Below are positions 1 to 11,034 of a stretch of 64,000 bases of DNA, piece after piece. The DNA comes from Sphagnum compactum. Its lineage: Eukaryota. Each line of letters starts with the position of its first letter. Within the stretch, counting starts at the first letter, position 1. The position numbers and the translations under genes were made by a program. Where the stretch lies: contig OZ234493.1 of assembly GCA_965153455.1 (NCBI GenBank), forward strand, positions 21,752,213 through 21,816,212, written 5' to 3'. The notes beneath the pieces are model-generated. The model saw only the letters and a program-made list of their open reading frames with translations. It had not been told where the DNA came from and did no database searches.

Positions 1-980
1 GGGGGTAAGTGGACCCTTGATCATCCACAAGAGGACTTACCCAAAGTTGGTTACAGGTGGTCAAAGACGAGAGTAGAAGTTTTTTTGGAACCTCACTACT
101 TTGGGGACATACTAGAACCTGTGTTAAAACTGGGGATTTCAATTGCTTTTCCTCCAAATATTGCAACTTTGGGCCATTTTTCCCCCAAATAATTCATTTG
201 CACGAGTTGCAGCCGGCCCTTTTTTTCTCTGTCACCCAGTGGCGAAAATTCATCGGGCTGGTGGTCTAAATATTTATCAAATTCAGTTTGCATTCAATTT
301 ACCTAACTAAGTTCCAGGATTTCATCATCGCACACTATTTTGTTTGAGCCTGCCCGGAGAGGATAGAGCCATTACTAGTCATGCTGTGAAGTTTCAAGGA
401 AAAATTGATATATCAAATTTTAAATGAAAGCTAAGGAAGTAAGTTTCATGGTGACCACTCAAAACCGACACCATTCATTGCACTCTGACTAGGAAACTAT
501 GAATTGGTACTGTGTTGTTAAGTTTGACAAAAATACACATCAAATATGTAAGTTGTGAGTAAAACTATACACATTATTATACATTGCAAGGGTTTTCTGT
601 CTTGTTTTAAGGTGGCTTGCAAATACATTAAGACTGACAAGGGGTTTCAATTTCCACACTGAACTGACCCACCAATTTTTCAGGCTTTTTGACTTTGATG
701 ATTACCGATACCATCCTAGTGTACGGCCTTGTCCTCAGGCCTTCACATAGAACCCTGGTGAATAATAGATTTGGAGTTTAAATTTTTTTCAAGCATTGAT
801 GAAAGCCTTCAAAAAATTTACACTACCAAATTGCATAAGCTTCTGCAGGGTCACCAGGAAAATAGTGGCAACCATTGAAACTTTTTAAAAATTTATCCTT
901 CAAGGCATAAGCAATTATCTTGGTTTATATTTTCACTAGAAGCAATACATGCAGTGTTCATTCATGTCATAGATCACTAA
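1..980 (+). repeat. Direct duplicated segment, copy 1 (copy 2 at 6400-7440)
   Basis: Both copies begin GGGGGTAAGTGGACCCTTGATCATCCACAAGAGGACTTACCCAAAGTTGG and stay colinear for ~1 kb with small indels. The ORFs at 57..269 and 6456..6755 are paralogous by-products. Confidence 0.9.
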
Positions 981-1262
981 GCCTGAGGACAAGGCCATGC
1001 ACTGGGATGGTATCGGTAAGCATCAAAGTCAAAAAGCCTGAAAAATTGGTGGGTGAGTTCAGTGTGGAAATTATAACCCCTTGTCAGTCTTAATGTATTT
1101 GCAAGCCACCTGAAAAATTGGTGGGTCAGTTCAAACTTCAGTGTGGAAATTGTAACCCCTTGTCAGTCTTAATGTATTTGCAAGCCACCTGAAAAATTGG
1201 TGGGTCAGTTGAGTGTGGAAATTGTAACCCCTTGTCAGTCTTAATGTAATTGCAAGCCACCT
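611..1262. repeat. Inverted repeat (611-740 vs 981-1110) followed by two extra tandem copies of a ~75-bp sub-unit
   Basis: GGTGGCTTGCAAATACATTAAGACTGACAAGGGG...GTCCTCAGGC at 611-740 is the reverse complement of GCCTGAGGAC...GCAAGCCACC at 981-1110. The unit TGAAAAATTGGTGGG...GCAAGCCACC recurs three times to ~1261. Confidence 0.88.
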
Positions 1263-1264
1263 TA

Positions 1265-1710
1265 ATTTCTGCTTGAAAAATATAAAAGGGAACTGAAAAT
1301 ATTTATAACAACTATGATCATGAATTTTTTTCATTTTTTATTTGAAATACTTTTATTTCTGCTTGAAAAATAAGAACGGGATTTTCAATATTTCTAACAA
1401 TTGTGATAAAGCTTATCATGGATTCTTTTCCATTTTTTATTTGAAATACTTATATTTCTCCTTGAAGAATTGGATGCAAGATTTTCAAATGTTTATAACA
1501 ATCATGATAAAGCTTATCATTGAAAATTTTCATTTTTTATTTGAAATATCTTGATTTCTGCTTTAATATGTATAAAGGATTTTCAAATATTTATAACAAT
1601 TGTGATAAAGCCTATCATGGAGTTTCTCCATTTTTCATTTGAAATATTTCTATATTTTCTTGAAAGAAAGGAAAGGGATTTAAAAATATTTATAACAATC
1701 ATGATAAGTA
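1265..1710. repeat. Degenerate AT-rich tandem repeat, ~100-bp unit, ~4.5 copies
   Basis: TTTATAACAATTGTGATAAAGCTTATCATGG...TTTTTTATTTGAAATA recurs near 1300, 1390, 1491, 1590 and 1690. Confidence 0.75.
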
Positions 1711-1901
1711 TTACTACTTGGTAATTGCTAATTACTACCTAATATAATTTGAAATTTGCAGTCCTAGAGACACCATATGACTCATGTAAGGTGTGCATTG
1801 TAAATTACAAGGAACATTGTGTTTTGTAAGAACCTTCTAGATACAAATGCAAATATTGGGTCAGGTTGTTAAGTAGAACTGCATTTTTCAATTTGCATAC
1901 G

Positions 1902-2237
1902 GAGCTGCTCGACAGGTTGAAGGTTGCTGACTGTGTGCAGGTGCAGAAGGTGCACCGGCAGATGCCATCGAGGTGACTGGATAAGGCCACTGACAAGGCA
2001 CCGGCAGTCATCATCACGCTGGCATCGGTACACGACAAGCTCACGGTGCTGCGCGCTCGCAAAGGCCTGCAGGGCACTCAGCTTGGGCTCGACGAGGACC
2101 TGACTCCCGCTCAGCAGGCCCAGAAACGAGCTGCTTGGGCCACCTTCAAGGAGGCCAAAGAGGCTGGCGAACGGGTCTACTGGCATGGGGCTGATCTCTA
2201 CATCAACCACAAAGTCATAAACTCTCCTACTGCATAG
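1902..2237 (+). pseudogene. LINE ORF1 C-terminal fragment
   Basis: Reads ELLDRLKVADCVQVQKVHRQMPSR*LDKATDKAPAVIITL...LGLDEDLTPAQQAQKRAAWATFKEAKEAGERVYWHGADLYIN, which resembles LINE ORF1 C-termini. One internal TGA at 1974-1976. Confidence 0.7.
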
Positions 2238-5200
2238 GGGGGCGGGGGCCAGAGACACTTGCACGTGTGCCTGTGGAACATCCATGGGGCCGCTATCACA
2301 AAGCTAGAAACACATGAACATCTGCTTGACCTATTTCAACATGTTGACGTTGTTGCTTTGACAGAAACACATCACTTCCCGGGCGATACATTCCCGGTCT
2401 TACCAGGGTTCTGCTGTTTTGATGTTGCCAGGCTTGTGACTCCACAGGGTGTCGTTCGAAAGCACAGTGGAGGCATTGCGGTACTAGTCAGGGAAACATG
2501 GGCAAATAGTACTGCTGTTTGGAAGACTGCAAGGGATGGGACTAGGATTTGGCTGTGCTTGGGCAATGCTTTCCAAAGGCCTTTGTTCCTGTGCATAGTA
2601 TATGCTGCTCCACAAGGCTCGCCATATGTGGACAGCAACCTGTTTGAACACATATGCCAAGAGGTTGGAGAAGCCATGAACTTAGGCGGTGTGCTTCTTG
2701 CTGGGGATTTCAATGCAAGGACAGGCACAAACACTGACTTCATTGATTGCAGTCAACTAACAGATGTGCTGCTGGTGCCACAAGCCATTGAGGACACCTT
2801 GCCCAACGATATGCTAGAGCGCCAGAACCGCGACACCGTCACGGTTGGCTGGCATCGTGAGTTCCTGGATCTCTGCAAAACTACTCGGCTGTTCATCCTC
2901 AATGGCCGCACACCAGGAGACATATCAAGGGAGTACACATGCCTATCCAATAAAGGTTTTAGCACAGTGGACTATTTTCTTACGACAGCTGACCAATTAG
3001 AGGGTGTCAAGCGCTTAGAAGTTAACTGCAATGAAAAGTACTCAGGTCACAAAGATGCGCACTTTGATCATAGACCATTGGTACTTACAATCACACAGTA
3101 GTGGCAACCCCCTCCTGTTCAGCAAAAGGCAATCAAACACCTACCACGTTTCAAATATGACATTGCCAAAGCAGTCGAGTTTAGCAGGAGTGTACAGCAT
3201 AACATCGGTGTTTGGGCAAGCCCAGATGTACTTGATGCATCTGGCGTACAAACAACAATCAATCTGTTACAACAATGCATCACACAATCTGGAGAAGAAG
3301 TGTTTGGAAATAGACAAGTGGCCTTAGGAAAAGCAATAAAACACAGCCACAAACCCTGGTTTGACACAGAATGTCGCCAGACCAAAAGCCAGTTTGTTAA
3401 ATTGTCACATGCGCACCCAGATAGGCAGGTCAGACTTAAGCAAATGAAACAGTTGTACAAAAGGAAAAAACGTGCTTATGATGTGCTCAAGGTTAAACAG
3501 CTATGTGGTTTAGCGAAGGCGGATCCTGCAGCATTCTGGAAGCGGTACCGCAAGCGCGCTGAGGGTGTCAATGGCATCACCAGCGAAGCGCTCAGGGATG
3601 GCTTCCAGCAATTGCTCCAGCCTCCGGCGGCATCAGCCACAGCAGGAGCTGTGATAGGTGCCGCTATTCTAGCTCAGTGGGTCTCCTTTCCACCCAATGG
3701 TATTGATTGCGAACAGTTGAATGTTGACATCACACTAGTTGAAGTACAGCAAGCGTTCAAAAAGCTAAAACGACACAAAGCTACAGGCATTGATGGCATC
3801 AAACCAGAGTTCCTTTTGGATGCCGCTGTTGCCCTGCAGCAACCACTATTGATTGCTTTTAACAAAATTTTGCGCGAGGGCTATTGTGAATCACTTTCTG
3901 TTGGGATCATACATGCACTGTATAAAGGGGGTGACTGTAGTCAGTTTGATAATTACAGAGGGATCACAGTAGCACCAGTTTTAGCCAAGGTGTTTGCAAT
4001 GATTCTTGAGTCCCGCATCAGTCAATGGGCGGAGACCAATGATTTACGCGCAAAGGGACAAGCTGGTTTCAGAAAGGACTTTAGGACAACAAATAACTTG
4101 TTTATTCTTCGCACTTTGACCAAACAAGCCAGATTTCAGCAAAAGAAGCTATACACTTGTTTTGTGGACTTCAAAAAAGCCTTTGATACAGTACCAAGGG
4201 ACCTGTTGTGGCAGGTGCTGGAGGGACTTGGCATCAATGGGCGGATACTGAAGTGCTTGCGCTCCATGTACCGTCAAGACCAGGCCTGTCTGCACCATCC
4301 AGAGGAAGGGCTCACGCCCACTTTCCTCTGTCGCATCGGAGTGAAGCAAGGATGCCCCCTCAGCCCGCTCCTGTTTGGCCTCTTCATAGATGGCCTAGAA
4401 AAACGGCTGAATGCTTTGGAGGGTGACACACCACCAATGTTGGGACAGCTAGCTGTTCGCTTGTTTTTGTATGTAGACGACTTAGCTCTCATGTCACACA
4501 CTCCTGCTGGATTGCAGAAGCAACTGGATGTCTTGCAAGCTTTTTGCTATGAGCGTCAGTTGACTGTGAATGTCAAGAAAACCAAGGTTGTTGTGTTTGA
4601 AGTACGCAAGTCTGTGTGTCAGGCTTTTCAGTATGAGGGCGAAGCTATAGAGCAACTAAACTTTTTCAAGTATCTAGGTGTTGAGCTGCACGGCACAAAA
4701 GGTATGCAAGCGACAATACAGCGGTTAGCAATGTCAGGGAAAAAGGCAGCTTTTGCATTGCAGCGCAGATGCGCAGAGTTGCGCATCTTTGACCCAGCAT
4801 TACAATGCCAGTTGTTTGATGCACTAGTCAAACCAGTGCTTAGCTATGGGTGTGAAGTATGGTCAGACCACATGGCACGCGAACAGTTAGAGGTGGTTTA
4901 TCGGGCTTTTCTGAAGTCGTTGCTAGGGGTCAGCACCACGACATCTAGTTACGTCGTGCTGGCAGAGTTTGGCAGGTTTCTTTTAGAAATATTTTGGTGG
5001 TAACAGACCATGCGCTTTTTCTCACGTGTCAGTTCTGAGGTAGACTCAGATCGCGTGCTCAGGCTAGCCTATGATGTACAGCTGCAGTTGCTTGCTGCCA
5101 GGCGAAAAGTCTTACTCAGGAACTAGAATGCTGTGGGTAGAAAAAGCCGATTGCCTGCTTGCTGGCTAGCACAAGTAAATGAATGACTGTCGACGTACAA

Positions 5201-5702
5201 TTTGTGCATCGATAGCGATCAGCTGCCACCATGTGCTCGCCTCAAGCAGTTGGCTGAAAGGCAATACATTGTACACCATCAAGTGGCTGCAGCTGACTCC
5301 AGCAGGGTGAGAGCCTATCTGGGGTTGAATAGCTCAGCACAGTATGGGTACAAAGAATACCTCTCCAAGGTAGACAATGTAGAGCTTAGGAGAAGCTTGG
5401 CACGTTTTCGTTGTGCGAATCACAAGTTGCAAATTGAACTAGGAAGGCAAGTCAAGCCAGTGAAGGTGCCGGTGCAGCAGCGTTACTGCAAATTATGCAA
5501 CTTGGGTGCGGTTGAGGATGAGGACCACTTCTTGTTGCTTTGCCCTGCCTATCAAAGTGTTCGAGAGAGGTTTAGAAGTTCATTGCCACTAACTGCCATC
5601 ACACCTTTGGCTGAATTGCTAAGCTGTCAGCAGCAAGGCATCCTTGCTAGATTCTTAGTGCAATGTCAGACGGTTAGATCTGAATTGCTTCGTCAGACTT
5701 AA
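2238..5702 (+). pseudogene. LINE ORF2 (APE endonuclease - reverse transcriptase - CCHC zinc knuckle), single frame with four in-frame stops
   Basis: ORFs 2259..3101, 3300..5003 and 5202..5702 share one frame. APE motifs: WNIHG, LTETH, GDFNAR, VDYF, FDHRP. RT motifs: NYRGI, QAGFR, FVDFKKAFD, GVKQGCPLSPLLF, YVDD, FKYLG. C-terminal CKLC..EDEDHFLLLC. Stops at 3099, 5001, 5124 and 5184. Confidence 0.92.
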
Positions 5703-6399
5703 CGTCAATTGGGTTCTGGCCCGGGCGCTGTTTGGCCCACTTAATGACGCTAAATTGTAAGTAAGTAAGTGAGTAAGTAAGCATAAAGATCCTCTATGGA
5801 GGGAGTACAGTGGCAAGTGGAAAGAAGTATCTGAAGAAACTGTGGCATTGAGTTTTTGCTCCATCCTTTTGAATAGGAGACTTATTCTATCAAGTCCAGC
5901 ACCAATAACAATCAAGTCGGGTTGGCACTTGCAATAGTTTTCTTTGTTTGTCCTTTGGTGGTCTATGTTTATCTGTGTATGATTTGAGGATAAAATTTTG
6001 GCTTGAACTGAAACCAATTTGTAATAAAGTTTGATGATTTGTTAACTGTCTCCAGGGAAGAGACTTTCTTTCCATCTCTGTGGGATTTGGGGATAAACTT
6101 TTGCCTTGAACTGGTACCAAATTGTGATTGACAATTGAAGACTTCGTTAGGGTAGTACCTTGGGCCATTTCAACAGATGTCTGTTGAATAATTAATTAAT
6201 CTTGAAAAATTCATTTCATCAAATAGAATATTTCTAAATATTCATTATTATCTTTCACAATATTTTTTGATTTGGAAGAACTAATTTTTGAAAATTTCAA
6301 GAATTCTGAAAATAATATAATTAGTGTTGAACTGGCCAAGGTCCTAGGGTATACTCCTGACTAACAGGTTTTTTTTTTAAATTCTTTTTTCAGTTTTGT

Positions 6400-7440
6400 G
6401 GGGGTAAGTGGACCCTTGATCATCCACAAGAGGACTTACCCAAAGTTGGTTACAGGTGGTGAGAGACGAAAGTAGAAGTTTTCTGGAACCTCACTACTTT
6501 GGTGACATACTAGAACCTGTGTTAAAATTATGGATTTCAATTGCTTTTCCTCCAAATATTGCAACTTTGGGCCATTTTCCCCCCAAAAATTTCATTTGCA
6601 CGAGTTGCAGCCCGCCCCTTTTCCTCTCTCACCCAGTGGTGAATTTTCATCACAAAAAAAACAGTTCAGGCTGGTGGTCTAAATATTTATTCAGTTTGCA
6701 TTCAATTTACCTAACTAAGTTACAGGATTTCATCATCGCACATTATTTTGTTTGAACCTGCCTGGAAAGGATAGAGCCATTGTTAGTCATGCTGTGAAGT
6801 TTCAAGGAAAAATTGAATATATCAATTTTCAAATGAAAGCTAAGGAAGTAAGTTTAGTGGTGACCACTCAAAACCCACACCATTCATTGCACTCTGACTA
6901 GGAAACTATGAATCGGTGCGGTGTTGTTAGGTTTGACAATATGTATCAAATTATGTAAGTTGTGAGGTGCTTGTAAGATACAAGCAAGTATAAAACTATA
7001 CATATTATTATATGTTGCAAGGGTTTTCTCTCGTTTTGTAAGGTGGCTTGCAAATACATTAAGACTGACAAGGGGTTACAATTTCCACACTGAACTGACC
7101 CATCAATATTTCAGGCTTTTTGACTTTGACGCTTACCGATACCATCCTAGTGTACGGCATTGTCCTCAGGCCTTCTTACCCTGCACATAACCCTGGTGAA
7201 TAATAGATTTGGAGTTTAAATTTTTTTCAAGGCTGACATTTCGAGTTTATTTACATTGATGAAAGCCTTCAAAAAATTTACACGACCAATGCATAACCTT
7301 ATGCAGGGTCACCAGGAAAATAGTGGCAACCATTGAAACTTTTAAAAAATTTGTATTTCAAGGCATAATCAATTATCTTGGTTTATTTTCACTAGAAGCA
7401 ATACATGCAGTGTTCATTCATGTCATAGACCACTAAGCTA
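6400..7440 (+). repeat. Direct duplicated segment, copy 2 of 1-980
   Basis: Colinear with 1-980. Confidence 0.9.
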
Positions 7441-7735
7441 AACATACTTATCCTCTTCTTCTTCTGGTTGAGGGCATAACCAGAATTCATGAACCATAAG
7501 AAAAAGAGGATAAGTATGTTCAGCTTAGTGATCTATGACATGAATGAATACTGCATGTATGCTTCTAGTGAAAATAAAGCAAGATAGTTGATTATGCGTT
7601 GAAGGATAAATTAAAAAAACGTGGGTTGCCACTATTTTCCTGGTGACCCTGCTTTCAGCTTATGTGATTTGGTAGTGTAAATTTTTTGAAGGCTTTCATC
7701 AATGTAAATAAACTCAAAATGTTGGCCTTGGAATT
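7222..7735. repeat. Long imperfect hairpin/fold-back (~245-bp arms, ~25-bp loop)
   Basis: CATACTTATCCTCTTCTTCTT (~7443) pairs with AAGAAAAAGAGGATAAGTATG (~7498). TTTACATTGATGAAAGCCTTCAAAAAATTTACAC pairs with GTGTAAATTTTTTGAAGGCTTTCATCAATGTAAA. CAGGGTCACCAGGAAAATAGTGGCAAC pairs with GTTGCCACTATTTTCCTGGTGACCCTG. Confidence 0.9.
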
Positions 7736-7744
7736 TTTTATAAA

Positions 7745-9405
7745 TCGGAGTTATCTTGGAGAATAATAGTTGGGAAAACTATTAGAAAGATTAGCCTAAT
7801 AGTCTGCAGTAGAAAAATAGTTATATAACACCAGCTAGCCTCAGGTAAATTTCGTAAACAGGAAAACATCAGAGATAAGAAGAGGTGTGGTAATGAACTG
7901 TTAGGACAATTGAAATGTGGAACCTTACACACATGTGCATGCCATCTGATATAGCTAGGACATTATAGGCAGCTCTTTATGAATGAAGAAACAATCAGTG
8001 TTGGCCGGTTCTAGTTACTGGGTACCTGGATCATGGGTTTTTAATTTTGAAAAAAATATCAGAACTGGAACCAAAAATGGGGACCAGTCAGCAACCAGAA
8101 CCAAAACTGGGTACCGTCCTTCAGTTAGAACCGGACCCAGAACCAGAACTGACCCTAAACGTATTGTATACAATTTCTGGTTCTTCACTTTTTCAAATTA
8201 AAAATTCAAGCTTTAAAGTTGTTTTTTTCCCCCTTTCTGACTGAGGTTAAACATGTTATTAGTTTGAGAAAAAAATCGGGGTTTGGAATAATAACAGCAC
8301 CATTTTTTTGAATAATAATTTGGGTTGGGGCTGGGGGTAGCATTAGGCATGTAGATCTTACTTCTGGAAAATGTCTCAAGTATGCAAGTTTTAGAAATCA
8401 TTATTATTATTATTCTTATTATGTTTAGTGACATATGTGGTCACATTTCATTGGTGGTACAGTGCTACTAACTAGAAAAGAATCAGTTTTAGACTGGGTG
8501 GAGGTAGGTAAACATAGATCCGATTTCGGACCGGACTCAACTTACGAATTTATTTATAAAGAACTGGAAATCGGGGGTCTTGAAATGTGAAGAACTGGGT
8601 CTGGAACTGGACCAGAGGTTCTATAATATATTCTTTAAAATCCTTGAACCACAACCTGGGGTTCTTTGACAAGAGAAATATTGTAAGTTGGGAACCAGGC
8701 CCAGAGGTTCTCTTGAAAACTAAGAACCAGCCAACACAGAAAATAACCAATGAGGGATGTTAAGTGTGCAAATATTCCTTATAGACTTGTATGTAATAAG
8801 AGCATCTCCACCCAAAAATTGTAAACAACTCCTTTATGGTAAAATAGAATAGTGTTTAATCATCCCTGTCCCCACCCACAAACGCCATAAAAGGCCCTTC
8901 AAACAGTCAAAGATCATTTATATCTGTACGTCTGGACGAGTAATAGTCACTGTCCAAATCCATAGTGGAAAAAAGCTTTTAAGCTCTTTAAATGACCACT
9001 GCAAAATGGACATCAATACAGGAGAGCAGCAGGATTTACACCATCCTACTCCAAGATTTAATCAAAAAGGGGTGTTCGCAGGTGTGGGGTGGAGATGCTC
9101 TAAGGACATCACACAGAAATATGGCATATCACAGCCCATAATTGCACGTCGAATACTAAGTCAAAATTTCGCCTGGTTTTTACTGTTTCCGTCGCCATGC
9201 CATCTAGTCCACACAGTGTGGTTTTTCCTCCACTCAAGAGTCATCGGTATGGAATCTTGTCCATGCCCTATGGTTTTCCCTCCTGTCAAGAGTGGGGTAA
9301 CGTGTAATGAGTAAAAGTGTGAAATAAAGGCTGGCTCTTACATATACACAGTTTCTAAGACTTCCTTGCTGCTTTCCTTGTACTGTCACAGTCTACAATT
9401 CCTCG
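7745..9405 (+). repeat. Dispersed repeat block 'A', copy 1 (others at 25095-26180 and 27648-29700)
   Basis: Shared blocks include GAATGAAGAAACAATCAGTGTTGGCCGGTTCTAGTTACTGGGTACCTGG and GGAACTGGACCAGAGGTTCTATAATATATTC. Near-identical small ORFs at 7983 and 27789. Confidence 0.88.
8800..9100. mobile_element. Tourist-like (PIF/Harbinger) MITE, 301 bp
   Basis: 14-bp TIR GAGCATCTCCACCC...GGGTGGAGATGCTC with TAA on both sides (8797-8799, 9101-9103). The paralogous empty site ATGTAATAAGGACACC is at 29261-29276. Confidence 0.93.
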
Positions 9406-9582
9406 GCCAGAGTGAATCAGCAGCCACCAATGCACCAGTTGGCCGTTCTGTCCACTGGTTGGGCTGCGTTTTATCATTTCGCGTCATATGGATTCATCAG
9501 AGTTCATTTGCTGCTGACCACTGTACTTTTCTTTTTTTGGTTTGTTTTATTGTTATTTTTTCTGGACCTGTCCTCACACATA

Positions 9583-10400
9583 GTACCTTGCTCACTTTCC
9601 TATCCTCATAAATATTGTACCAACCTTGGTACCTTACTAATTATCCCCTGCTGACATAGCTACCTTAATAATAGCTACCTTGCTCACCTTGCTATCCTCA
9701 TAAATATTGTACCAACCTTGGTACCTTACTAATTTTCCCCTGCTGACATAGCTACCTTAATAATTAGTTATCCTAATGATCTAACTACTATACTAACTAC
9801 TTACTTTACTAACCTAGCTACCCTACTAACTACATATCCTACTGACCTAATCATTGTACTAACTACCTACCCTATTGACCTAGCTACATTACTATTTAGT
9901 AACCGTATATACACAACCACACTGTTGACATAAATACTCTACAAACCTAGTCACCTTGATAAGGTAACTTGTTTCTTACATTCTAACTTGCTTATCTACC
10001 TCACTACCTTGCTAGTGTAACTTTCTTTCTACCTAATAACCTGCCTAACTACATGCCTACCTATTTTAATAACCTATCTACCTTGTTCCTTGAACTTCCT
10101 TTCTACTTATTAACTTGTCTACTAATCCAACTACCTACCTATATACTTATATACCTATTTACCTACCTATTGTAGGAACCTATCTACCTTGTTCCTTGAA
10201 CTTCCTTTCTATTTATTAACTTGCCTACTAACCCAACTACTTATTTATATACCTACTTACCTACCTATGCACCCACCTTCTTACCTACCATTATGTTCAC
10301 CTACCTACCTATGTTTTTTACATAGCCAAATACCTAACTAATTACCTAATCATTTTTCCCACCCCAAGGGCCCCAATCCTACCTATCGAATTATTAATGT
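9583..10400. repeat. ~93-bp tandem duplication followed by a CTAC/CTACCTA-rich low-complexity tract
   Basis: TACCTTGCTCAC..TATCCTCATAAATATTGTACCAACCTTGGTACC...GCTACCTTAATAAT occurs twice (9583-9763). It is followed by strand-skewed CTACCTAC repeats with a second duplication near 10070-10250. Confidence 0.75.
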
Positions 10401-11034
10401 TCGCCCTAGTTCATGGATGATGAACATAGATTCCCATATGTAGGATTACAAACAATTTATAGTGGAAACAATGTCATAATTACAACCATGTTGGTTTAGT
10501 TAATTCATATTTTACTAGATTTTGTTTACCTAATTTATTTATGGAATGGACATTATAATACATTTTTTTATGTAATTATTATAAATATGTACGATCGGAT
10601 TATGGTTTAGGTTTAAGGTTGGGACACATAAATTAGTTTGCAAGTTTTTCACAAATCTATAGTAATTAACCTAAACTAGGCTAAATTTTAAGGTTTAGAC
10701 TTATGTGAAGTAATACAATTTCATTCTATATCTTTTTCAAAGAGAGCAAAAAAAATTAATTTGAAGAGATCACACAAAGGTAAGAAACATATATTACAAA
10801 ATTTATTTGATGTTTTTTGAAGATTAAAGTTTTTTTTTCGATTAGTAAATCTTTGTAATTTAAAATTTTTTAAATTTGGTTTTTAAATTTTTTCCTATGT
10901 TTTTAAAAAAAAAATTGTTTTGCATTATACGATTTGTATACTTTGTATAGTTTTTTGGGTTTAGGGCATATATCACTAGGACTTTTTTTGTTAGGGTTTG
11001 TATAGTTAAGGTTGTAATAAGGCTTATGGAAAAA

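Larger units (their letters stand above)
1900..5780 (+). mobile_element. 5'-truncated non-LTR retrotransposon (APE-RT LINE, possibly RTEX-like) with (GTAA)n tail
   Basis: Abrupt GC increase. Contains ORF1 C-terminus, APE, RT and a C-terminal CCHC. The 3' tail is GTAAGTAAGTAAGTGAGTAAGTAA (5757-5780). Candidate 5-bp TSD GCATA at 1895-1899 and 5781-5785. The clade assignment is inference. Confidence 0.92.
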
